Shown here in pieces: positions 9,401 through 18,200 of a DNA stretch of 64,000 bases. Below the pieces are notes generated by a model. The model made no database searches. It saw only the letters and a program-made list of their open reading frames with translations, and was not told where the DNA came from. Position 1 is the first letter of the stretch. The number at the start of each line of letters is the position of its first letter. Origin of the DNA: Candidatus Cloacimonadales bacterium (GTDB lineage: Bacteria; Cloacimonadota; Cloacimonadia; Cloacimonadales; JAIOQZ01); assembly GCA_963662655.2 (NCBI GenBank), contig CAXXTU010000002.1, positions 2,112,001 to 2,176,000 on the forward strand, in the 5' to 3' direction. Made by a program: the position numbers and the translations under genes.

Positions 9401-11321
9401 AAGCGATTACTATACTGCCTGGTCGAACCCGACAATCGACAATTGCCGGATATCGAACAACAGTCAGTACGGAATCGATTGCGGATCAGGGGGGTCCAAT
9501 CCGATTATCTCGAATTGTACGGTAAGCGATAACGGCGGCGCACCGTTGAACATCTGGGCGTACAACATCAATCGTGTTGCCGGAAACTGTGTTTTCACGG
9601 GAAACGGTGATCAGCGAATTGAAGTTCTGGGCTCCAATTTCTGGGATGCCACGATCCGCAATCATGGGATACCTTACCGATTTACCGGTACAGGCAACCT
9701 GAGCAGCGAATACACGCTCAACATCGAACCCGGGACCGTTATTCAGTTCGACGACGGCGTGGGCCTCAACATCAACGGTACGCTCATCGCCGAAGGAAAC
9801 GCAAGCGAGCAAATCACGTTCACGACCAGCCTGGCGACTCCTGCTCCGGGAGGATGGCGTGGTATCTACATGGATCACACCGGCGCAGGAACTTCTCTCG
9901 ACTACTGCAACATTCTGTACGGCGGCGATTGCGGCGCGAACGTATACATTACAAACGCGGCGAACGTGCAGATCGACAACTCAAAAATCTCGTGGGGCTC
10001 ACAGGACGGCGTTTACTGCTCCGACTACTATACGAATCCATCGAGCTTCATCCTGACGAACTCGACGATCAGCAACAACGCCCACTATGGCCTGGACCTC
10101 ACGGGCGGAGCGTCCAACACTTCCATCTCTGATTGTACGATCCAGAACAACGCGCAACAACCAATCAAGCTCTACCCATATCAGGTTGTAGGCTTGGGCG
10201 GTACGTTGACCTTTGGAGGAAACGCGATCGAAAGAATCCTGGTGACTAACGGCAACACCAACTCGGGAACCTGGCACAACTACGGCATTCCGTACCAGAT
10301 TTCAGGTGACGTCGATGTTCAGGATAATCAAGCGATTACCCTCGAACCGGGCACAGCGCTTCATTTCGACAACAACGTACGGCTTCGGGTTTTCGGTGGT
10401 TTGACGGCAAACGGCACCGAAAGCCAGCACATACAATTCGATTCAGCGCAGGAGAGCCCGTCTGCAGGTAACTGGAAGAATGTCTATCTGGAAGACTGCA
10501 CATCCACGAGCAGCTTCCAATACTGCGATTTCACCCATGGCGGTTCTTCCGACGGCATGCTTTATCTGACTGGGGCCGGAACGATTGACATCCTGAACTG
10601 TACATTCAACCACAGCGCAACGAACGGAATCTACATCAACGACCAGTACCATTCCGGGTCATCCGCGACGATAGACAACTGCGATTTCCAGAATGCGGCT
10701 TCCTGCGGTATTCGCCTCACCAATACAGGCTCCCACAGCATATCGAACAGCACGCTGCACGGATGCCAGACAGGACTCTACATCAGCAGCGGATCGGCGC
10801 AAGTAACGGGTGGAAATGCAATCACCGGCAATACCGATTACGGCGTCCAGCTCGTGGGAAACGCATCGCTCCTGTTCGGCAGCGACACGGATCACTGGAA
10901 TGACATCTACGGCAACGGTTTGTACGATTTTTGCAACGGAAATTACAACATTAACGCGTCTTACGTGTATTGGGGCACGACGGATCAATCGGCAATCGAA
11001 GACGCGATCTACGATTATAACGACAATGCTTCGATGGGCGTCGTCAATTACTGGCCGTTCCTCGACCAGTCTCACGAGACACAGTACAACCAGTCGCTCG
11101 ACGCACCCGTTATATCCTCTGTAACCGTCGACGGCGGGAATGTGATCATTCAATGGAATTCGGTGGCCGGAGCAACCGGTTACCGGGTTTATTCGAGCGG
11201 GAATCCCGAGGTTGATTTCGATACATGGACACTTGTCCAGGACAATATCACGACATTATCCTGGAGTGGCGCGATTTCGCAGGGGAAGATGTTCTATCGG
11301 ATTGTTGCATGTAGTAACTAA
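6447..11321 (+). CDS. Large secreted right-handed parallel beta-helix repeat protein
   Basis: GGAGG RBS, ATG 6447, signal peptide. Seven ~210-aa modules (TLTIE[AP]G...LIA[DN]GT...IVFT...P.PG.W...DYC..SYGG) with PbH1-like I.NC.I..N turns; FN3-like C-terminal tail. Confidence 0.85.
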   Translation: MEKGFSVTFLLFVFLALPVTAMYAVNHSGTIGTETWVAPYSHFILSNVTIPDGETLTIEAGASVRFSAGTSLIVEGRLIADGTSLDEIVFTADATTPTVGFWDRVVFNAADEGCVIDHCIFQYGGNGNEMVQIHNSLDHISITNSTFANADGDGLFLWDSGTSPSTPHIANCSFSGNDKYGLNCGASYSAPIIANCSFSNNELYGICAFAAGLSSITGTIAMSGNGTNAILAQGGNVSTGTWADYSVPIHLSGYTTVVDGDTLTINAGSDIRFSGNHYLKVDGALIANGTSGNHIKFSSASAEPSPGAWQYLQLYRPEPGTIINYCDFSYGGSTGPMLYLNEDNTDVTISNCTFSHSHDRGIYIYDTGSPASNPTISNCSVQYCGTTGIEASGSFALPWISDCSVSYCGSYPIRVNATGLSRLTGNIYGNSNGNDGILVDGGSVTTGTWNKMGFPYYMNGSVTVVNGNTLTIEAGTQLLYVSDSYFNVEGALVANGTESQRIVFSSGHSSPNPGDWKYLGFSNADAGTSLSWCEIKYAGSSNANLFFNNGPNDFTVSNCYISNSQSSGVMLNDYYATPSCPTFSNCTITDNAGFGIDCAQGLSIPYIQDCTITNNGLYSIYAWASGVARITGNNVLTGNNPDGIFLNGGSTETTTWYNFGAPYYLNSNITIENGDTLTVEPGTEFKFVSQSYIEVQGTLIADGTPESHIVFTSASASPSPGDWKFIYFNNAEPNSRLDYCDISYGGNSQGNLYFHNGPNEVTVSNSTISHSHSAGVRLNDHYTTASCPTFSNCDISDNASYGIDCSSSSSYPYIENCSFDNNGSYTMRVYANGVNRISGSITSSGCNPDGIMVDSASIGTMTWPKYDFPYYIAGSLLVGDGSTLTILPGTQFLFLGNYELRVDGALIADGTPEEHIVFTSAQASPEPGNWRYLYFYQADAGTVLDYCDLSYGGSSNGALYIHNGPNEFPITNCSIVNSATNGIRISDYYTAWSNPTIDNCRISNNSQYGIDCGSGGSNPIISNCTVSDNGGAPLNIWAYNINRVAGNCVFTGNGDQRIEVLGSNFWDATIRNHGIPYRFTGTGNLSSEYTLNIEPGTVIQFDDGVGLNINGTLIAEGNASEQITFTTSLATPAPGGWRGIYMDHTGAGTSLDYCNILYGGDCGANVYITNAANVQIDNSKISWGSQDGVYCSDYYTNPSSFILTNSTISNNAHYGLDLTGGASNTSISDCTIQNNAQQPIKLYPYQVVGLGGTLTFGGNAIERILVTNGNTNSGTWHNYGIPYQISGDVDVQDNQAITLEPGTALHFDNNVRLRVFGGLTANGTESQHIQFDSAQESPSAGNWKNVYLEDCTSTSSFQYCDFTHGGSSDGMLYLTGAGTIDILNCTFNHSATNGIYINDQYHSGSSATIDNCDFQNAASCGIRLTNTGSHSISNSTLHGCQTGLYISSGSAQVTGGNAITGNTDYGVQLVGNASLLFGSDTDHWNDIYGNGLYDFCNGNYNINASYVYWGTTDQSAIEDAIYDYNDNASMGVVNYWPFLDQSHETQYNQSLDAPVISSVTVDGGNVIIQWNSVAGATGYRVYSSGNPEVDFDTWTLVQDNITTLSWSGAISQGKMFYRIVACSN

Positions 11322-11416
11322 ATCTTTTTTTCGGGCGCGGGTCTGTCGATGTGGAACCGCGCCCTATTCCACAAGCCATTCAGGATGAGCAATTTCGAAT
11401 ACAAAGGTGATAGCAT

Positions 11417-13273
11417 GTGACAAAGCCAATCGTATGGAAGCTTCTCACGAACCGAGCCAGCACGTTTCATTTGGACGTATCGATCGACGACAGCAACCTC
11501 ATGTCCCCTCGTGGTTACACCGCGAAGAGAGCGCAGTATCGTCTGCTTAAAACTACGAGCATCAAGAATGTGTCGAACCGTCCCATGCGATGCGTTCGCC
11601 TCCGCGTGAACGGCAAACCGCTCGATACGCTCTCCTCTCTGCTCCCTGACATTGGTCAAATGCCCAAGCGAAAAATCGCGCTGCAACTATTCCGATACTG
11701 GCAGAACAACATCATACACTTCCCGGTGGGGCTCAAGGCAGCGCAACACCCCTTCCTGCTCATCAATTACTGGGGCTACAACATCTGCGGTTTTGCGGCA
11801 GCCTTCCTCAGCACAATGATGCAAAACGCCGGCATTCGCGCCCAGAAATTACCGGTGCAGGGGCATGTGGTTCACCAGTACGAAATCAATGGCAGATGGA
11901 TCATTCTCGATGCCGATCTGAATTGCGCGTACCGCATGCTGGACAATAACCGTCTTGCTGGCTACGAGGATATCCTGAAGGATCCGTATCTCGTTCATCG
12001 AACCAACTCATACGGCAGGTACCGGCCTTTCGATCTGGAACGAAATCGATTTTCAGCATCACTATACGATCGCACTTCCCCGCTTCCCGGAAAACCGCCA
12101 GCGTACGACAGCAACGTTTTCGAGCAGTTGGCTGCGTCCGTTTCCCTCTACCCGGGAGAATCGATCCGGTATCGCTACAACGAGACCGTCGAGAACCCCC
12201 TGCGAGAATCCTCCGCCCCGCACCCGAAGGAGCTTGGCGAGATTTCCCTGATGAAGGTTCAATACGAATTCATCCCGGCAGAAAGGCCAGTGAACGAGCG
12301 CGGCGAAAGAGTACTTTTCACAAGGTATCCGATACGAAGCATAAGGTTCTCGAAATCCGGTCGCGAGATCGAACTTCCGAATGACCGGATCGTAACGAAC
12401 ATCAGCATTCCCTCGAATGTTGAGGAGAATGTTCTTTGCAATTGCCAGTGCAGCCGGATCGCTGCCCCGCGAGTAAAACGCGGTTTGAATACGATACGAC
12501 TGGACTGTCTCGATCGCGAGATCGAAGCGGAATTTTCGTTCGAAGTGGATGAGGAGGTTGCCGGGATGTCGCCGCCGGGACAACCGGCTTTGATCGTGAA
12601 AAGCGAATACGTGGATGAGCCGGTGCGTTTCCGCTGGAATCCGGAGAATGCCCAATCGATATGGATTCAGGTGCTGGGCGATGACGATCAACCGCTGCTG
12701 GACTACATTCGTAATGCCGAAGAGACGATTGAGTTCCATCCCATCGAGCAGACCTTCTTCAGCAACGGAGGAAAGTATCGCGTGAGGGCCAGGCAGCAAA
12801 TCGACGACATCTATAGCGAATGGACGGATGACATCGAATTTTCCGTACGGAAGCCCGAGGTGCCAAAAAACATCTGGATTTACGCCGACGAAAAAGGGGG
12901 AATTACCGCCAACTGGGAAGGGGAAAGCGATTGCGAATTTCTCCTTTTCGGCAGCAATCGTATTGATTTTGTCCCGGATGTTTTCTCGAGTAACGAACCT
13001 GTGAAGGGTCTGGACGGAAAATTGGAGCTGAAGTCCGTGAAGAATCTGATCGCGAGAACGGAGGCCACAACCTGCCGGATTCCCGAGCCTTGCGCTTTCT
13101 ACAGGATCATCGCGTTTCGCGGGGGCATGTACTCGAATCCATCGGTCATGGTGGATTTCTCACGCAATGTCGAATGGCTTCATCGATTCAAGCTCATCCC
13201 GGAAGTATTACAAACGTATCACCGGAAAATCGATGGAGAAAACCGGTACGACACCGTTCTCGAGAAGTTGTAA
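11417..13273 (+). CDS. Transglutaminase-like (Cys-His-Asp) domain protein with C-terminal FN3/Ig-like region
   Basis: YNICGFAAA, GHVVHQY, WIILDADLN; AAGGTGA RBS with GTG start. Confidence 0.65.
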   Translation: MTKPIVWKLLTNRASTFHLDVSIDDSNLMSPRGYTAKRAQYRLLKTTSIKNVSNRPMRCVRLRVNGKPLDTLSSLLPDIGQMPKRKIALQLFRYWQNNIIHFPVGLKAAQHPFLLINYWGYNICGFAAAFLSTMMQNAGIRAQKLPVQGHVVHQYEINGRWIILDADLNCAYRMLDNNRLAGYEDILKDPYLVHRTNSYGRYRPFDLERNRFSASLYDRTSPLPGKPPAYDSNVFEQLAASVSLYPGESIRYRYNETVENPLRESSAPHPKELGEISLMKVQYEFIPAERPVNERGERVLFTRYPIRSIRFSKSGREIELPNDRIVTNISIPSNVEENVLCNCQCSRIAAPRVKRGLNTIRLDCLDREIEAEFSFEVDEEVAGMSPPGQPALIVKSEYVDEPVRFRWNPENAQSIWIQVLGDDDQPLLDYIRNAEETIEFHPIEQTFFSNGGKYRVRARQQIDDIYSEWTDDIEFSVRKPEVPKNIWIYADEKGGITANWEGESDCEFLLFGSNRIDFVPDVFSSNEPVKGLDGKLELKSVKNLIARTEATTCRIPEPCAFYRIIAFRGGMYSNPSVMVDFSRNVEWLHRFKLIPEVLQTYHRKIDGENRYDTVLEKL

Positions 13274-13377
13274 GCGTTGCACAAGCGTGACACGCATCAG
13301 TCATAGTTTCTTGCAAAAACTCATCTTGGAAATTCCTTGACATAATCTTCAGCCTCAGCGGTTTCGTTATCGGATTA

Positions 13378-13443
13378 GCGGATAAGCTTTGTACGGGGAG
13401 TCAGGTAACTGCCTCCCTGTTTATGTCTGCAAAAAGCATCCGC
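13378..13443 (+). promoter_or_regulatory. Candidate structured 5' leader of glnA
   Basis: GCGGAT/ATCCGC and GCTTT/AAAGC enclose ACGGGGAG..CAG-GTAA-CTG..CTCCCTGT; TTGACA lies upstream near 13337. Confidence 0.4.
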
Positions 13444-13477
13444 CATCAAGACGAAAGCAATGTACCGGAGGTTATAC

Positions 13478-14908
13478 ATGACACCCGTAATGGAACGTGT
13501 AAATGAACTGATCCTTGAGCACGACATCAAGGCTATTGACCTGAAATACTCTGATTTGATGGGAAACTGGTATCACATCACATTCCCGGCATACCACCTC
13601 AAAAGCGTAATGGAACATGGAATCTCGTTTGACGGGTCTTCAATCCCTGGCATGCGGGCGGTAGAGTCTGGCGACATGGTCTTGATTCCCGATCTCAGCA
13701 CAGCCATTATCGATCCTTTCACCAAATATCCCACGCTCAGGATGTTATGTTACATCTGCGACGCGGACACGCGAATCGGTTTCATCAAGGACCCACGCAG
13801 CCTGGCAAAGCGCGCCCAGGAATATATGGCAGGTACCGGCATCGCCGATCAGTCTCTCTGGATTCCGGAATTCGAGTTCTACCTTTTCAACGAAGCTGAA
13901 ATCACGAACGGGAAATACAATGCCGGATTCGCTTTCACTTCCGCCGAGAACAAGGAAGACCTTCCTTTCGGATATCGTGACAAGAACGGAACCGCCGTAG
14001 CAAACCGCAAGGGCTATCATATCGATGTCCCATTCGACAAATACGCCGATATCCGCCAGGAAATGGTGAACGCCATCGAGAACATCGGTTGCAGCGTTCG
14101 CTACCATCATCACGAAGTGGGGCTCTCCTCGCAGCAGGAAATCGAGACGACGCTCCTGCCTTTCGAGCAGATCACCGACCAGATGATGTACATCAAGGAC
14201 ATTATCCACAACACGGCTCTCAAGCACGATCTTTCCGCCACATTCATGCCGAAACCGCTGTACGATGAGCCGGGCAACGGTATGCACTTCCACATTCAGT
14301 TGCGCAAAAACGGTAAGAACGTCTTTTACAAGCAAGGTAACTACGCCGACCTCTCCAACGAAGCGCTCTGGTTCATTGGCGGCATCCTGCATCACGGCAG
14401 ATCGCTTACTGCCTTCACGAATCCGAGTACGAACTCGTTCAAGCGCCTGCTCCCGGGTTTCGAAGCTCCGGTTAAACTGTTCTTCGGACTCGCGAACCGC
14501 AGCGCCGCGATTCGTATTCCCAAGTACGCCACCAGCGAGGAAGACAAGCGAATCGAGTTCCGTACCGGAGACGGCACTTGCAACTACTACTTCGCGATGA
14601 GCGCGCTCCTGATGGCCGGTTTGGACGGCATAAAGAACAAGATCATGCCCACAAAGGAAAACGGGTACGGTCCTTACGACGACAACGTGTTCAGTTGGAA
14701 CGAAGAAGACAAGCAGAAGCTTGTGTCAATCCCGACCTCACTCGAAGAAGCGCTCGAAGCGCTGAAGGAAGACCACGATTACCTGCTCGAAGGCGGCGTA
14801 TTCAACGAAGACCTGATTCAGAGCTGGATCACCGAGAAGATGAAGGAAGTCGTCGCGGTGCGCAACCGTCCGCATCCTTTCGAAATGAACCTGTACTACA
14901 GCCTGTAG
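13478..14908 (+). CDS. glnA: Glutamine synthetase type I
   Basis: FDGSSI; PEFEFYLF; HHHEV; ATFMPKP; GNGMHFH; NRSAAIRIP; RIEFR; GGAGG RBS before ATG 13478. Confidence 0.97.
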   Translation: MTPVMERVNELILEHDIKAIDLKYSDLMGNWYHITFPAYHLKSVMEHGISFDGSSIPGMRAVESGDMVLIPDLSTAIIDPFTKYPTLRMLCYICDADTRIGFIKDPRSLAKRAQEYMAGTGIADQSLWIPEFEFYLFNEAEITNGKYNAGFAFTSAENKEDLPFGYRDKNGTAVANRKGYHIDVPFDKYADIRQEMVNAIENIGCSVRYHHHEVGLSSQQEIETTLLPFEQITDQMMYIKDIIHNTALKHDLSATFMPKPLYDEPGNGMHFHIQLRKNGKNVFYKQGNYADLSNEALWFIGGILHHGRSLTAFTNPSTNSFKRLLPGFEAPVKLFFGLANRSAAIRIPKYATSEEDKRIEFRTGDGTCNYYFAMSALLMAGLDGIKNKIMPTKENGYGPYDDNVFSWNEEDKQKLVSIPTSLEEALEALKEDHDYLLEGGVFNEDLIQSWITEKMKEVVAVRNRPHPFEMNLYYSL

Positions 14909-14922
14909 TTTACGATATTCCC

Positions 14923-14957
14923 AAAATCCCCTATCGACGATCTCGATAGGGGATTTT
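14923..14957 (+). terminator. glnA terminator
   Basis: Perfect 15-bp inverted repeat AAAATCCCCTATCGA/TCGATAGGGGATTTT followed by a T-rich tract. Confidence 0.9.
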
Positions 14958-15002
14958 TCTTTCTGGGAGCCCCGCTCAACCGCAGTCGGAAAGCACGCTC
15001 CC

Positions 15003-15114
15003 GCGGCGGGGCGGCGTTGGAAGCGAACGCTTCCAGACCCCGTTTCCACGAGTTTCCGGCCGGAAAACTCGTGGAAACGGGGTCGTGTGCCTTGCACACA
15101 CGCCGCCCCGCCGC
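15003..15114 (+). repeat. Four-way-junction (cloverleaf) element, copy 1
   Basis: 15-bp closing stem GCGGCGGGGCGGCGT/ACGCCGCCCCGCCGC encloses three contiguous hairpins of 8, 20 and 6 bp; related copy at 47049-47230. Confidence 0.85.
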
Positions 15115-15230
15115 TGAGTCGGGTGGAATTAGCAGATTGCATTCTTCCTGGTGGGTGCAAATCGCGGGTACATATTATAAGGAACATTTTTTGCATGTAC
15201 ATGGGCTAATTCAAATTCATGGAGATTATT

Positions 15231-18200
15231 ATGAAGAGACTTACCGGGGGGAGAAGTATCAGAGCATACTTCATATTCTCAATCCTACTGATTTTCAGTA
15301 TGTTATCGGCCTACGAACTTGAACTTGGAAATCCTGAGAACGTACCATTGTTTTCTTGCAGTGAATCGAACGACGCTTTTACGGAATTCACTTTCACCCT
15401 TGATGGTATCGAGGTGACCGAGGAAGTCGTAAACGGAATGATTTTCCAGCACTTAGAACACAGTAAAGCAGCCTACACACTCGATGCGGGAATGCCTGAA
15501 TTCCCAGTTTTCGGTACAATGATTGCAATTCCCGACCTCGGAAACGTGTCGTTCGAAATTGTAAACCAGATTTACCGTAGATTCAATGACTTTTATATAT
15601 ATCCGTCGCAAGGCGTGACCCTCGAAGGTAATCCCCACGAATTCCATTACAATGAAAGTTACTATGGCGGAAAAGGCACCTATGACCTTCAGCCGGTGCT
15701 GGTTGGAGAACCTGCCATCATGCGCGACTGGCGTACCGTTCCGGTCAACATTCAACCCGTGAAATGGGATGTCAAGACAGGAGAACTTCAAGTCATCACA
15801 AAATTGACGGTTCGTCTGAACTACTCCAGCGAACCGAGCATCAATGAACTCGATCGCAGCCAGAGAAAGCTCTCCAGAAGCTTCGAAGCGCTTTACGAAG
15901 GATCCATCCTCAACTACAGCCTGATTCGCGACGAAGACCCCGAGTATCAAACTCGTAGCATCCTCGTGATCCACCCAAACGTAACCGAAGTTACGGAGCA
16001 GGTAACCAGCTTCGCGAATTGGAAACGCCAGAAAGGATTTAAAATCACCACGGCTAGCACATCCCAAACCGGAACCAGCAACAGCTCGGTCAAAAGCTAC
16101 ATCCAGAGCATGTACGACGATGAAGAAGATCGTCCTGAATACGTTGTTATCGTTGGCGACGTCAGCGGTTCCATCGGCATTCCGACCTGGATTGAGAACT
16201 ACAGCTACTACAACGGCGAGGGCGACCACCCCTACACGCTGCTCGATGGTAACGACTACCTCAGCGACGTGTTTATCGGCCGCATTTCCGTTTCCACAGT
16301 AACGGAATTGATGACCTTCCTCTCCAAGATGAATATCTACGAACGCAATGTCAACATCGCCGCGCCCGAGCGGTTCCATCGCAGTCTCCTTGTCGGCGAT
16401 ACGAGTCCTTCAGGCTTCTCATGCATTGTTACCAACAAATACGTGAAAGATCAAATCCTTTCGAAGGATCCGGAACACACGTTTACCGAGCTCTATGCCG
16501 CTGACCCAAGCCCGAATGATATGGATACCGCGATCAATGCTGGCGTCCTCTTCTTCAACTACCGCGGCTGGATCGGTATGAGCGGCTGGACCACAAGTAA
16601 TATATCAGGGCTCTCGAATATTAGCAAAATCTGTAATGCAACGATCATCACCTGCGATACGGGTTCTTTCAGCGGCACTGCTCGAACAGAAGCCTTTATC
16701 CGCGCCGGATCGCCATCCGCACCCAAAGGCGCAGTTTCTGCTATAGGTATGGCTACATCCGGTACGCACACCCAGTTCAACAACATGCTCGACGGCGGTA
16801 TCTACCACGGACTTCAATCCCTGGGCATGCGCACGATGGGTGAAGCGGTCAACAACGCAAAGGTCGAGTTCTATGTGGCGTACTACAATATTGCCCAGAA
16901 CTACGTGAACATGTTCACACACTGGTTCAACCAGATGGGTGATCCCACGATGGATGTTTGGGTTAATATGCCGCTTGAAATGAATGTTTCATACGACGAC
17001 AACCTGCCCTTCGGACAGGATTACATCGAAGTCAACGTTACCGACGACGATAGCTACCCTATCGAAAACGCCTGGGTAACGGCACGCAAAGGAAATGACG
17101 AAATATTCGCGTCAGGCTACACCGACAATATCGGTAACATCGTTCTACAATTCGATGGCGAAAACGCAGGCGATGTCGATCTCACCGTTACAAAACCCGA
17201 CTACATTCCTCACCTCGGCGAGTTTACAATCAGCTCCACAGGCGGAATCGCATATTACTCCATGAACATTGACGATGACAACGGCGGAAACTCGAGCGGA
17301 AACGGAAATGGAAATGTAGAACCGGGCGAAACGATCGAATTGATCGTCAATCTGAAAAACTATGATTCAAGCAGCTATTCGAACGTCAGCGCAGAGCTGA
17401 TCGCGAACGATCCATACGTGGAAATCACAACCGCTGACGGCGACTATGGAACGATGTCCGCCGGTGGAACGGCTGAAGTAAGCCAGGCTTACGTCTTCAC
17501 CGTTAGCCCCGACGCTCCGGACAACCATCAGTTCCAGTTCCTTCTGGACATCGAAGACGGAAGCACGAACGACTGGACCGGACGCCTTTGGATCACAATT
17601 GCCGGTAACGATATCGATATCCAGTCGCTGAGCGTCATAGACGGCAATAACACCATGGACCCGGGTGACACGGTTCAGCTCCGCTTCACCATCGTCAACA
17701 ACGGCCAGACCGATCTCGACGATGTTTGGGGCGAACTCCGCTCCCTCAACGGTCTTGTGGGCGTTAACGACTCCATCGGATACTTCGGTAGCATCAGTGC
17801 GGGACAAACAGCAACCTGCACCACAGATAACTACGAAGTCTACTCCATGGCACAGATACTTCCCGGCATGCAGATCCCGCTCGAACTGGTTCTCTACAAC
17901 ACGGATGGATACGAAGAGGAAGAAATCGCAAAACTTCCCATCGGTAATGTAACGGTTACCGACCCGCTTGGACCGGATGCTTACGGATACGTTTGCTACG
18001 ACTCCAACGATTCCGATTACGCGGATGCCCCCGAGTACGACTGGATCGAGATCAATCCTTCCAACGGCGGTCAGGGAACGAGCGCCGGCGTTGGCGATTC
18101 CAGCATCGAAAGCGGAACCATCAATTTCTTCGATCTGCCGTTTACCTTCACCTTCTACGGAGAAGAATACGATAACATCGGTATCTGCTCGAACGGATAT

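Noticed and set aside
15003..15114. Junction elements as tRNA, attC or terminator
   Set aside because: No T/D-loop motifs or CCA, no RYYYAAC/GTTRRRY ends, and no U-tract.
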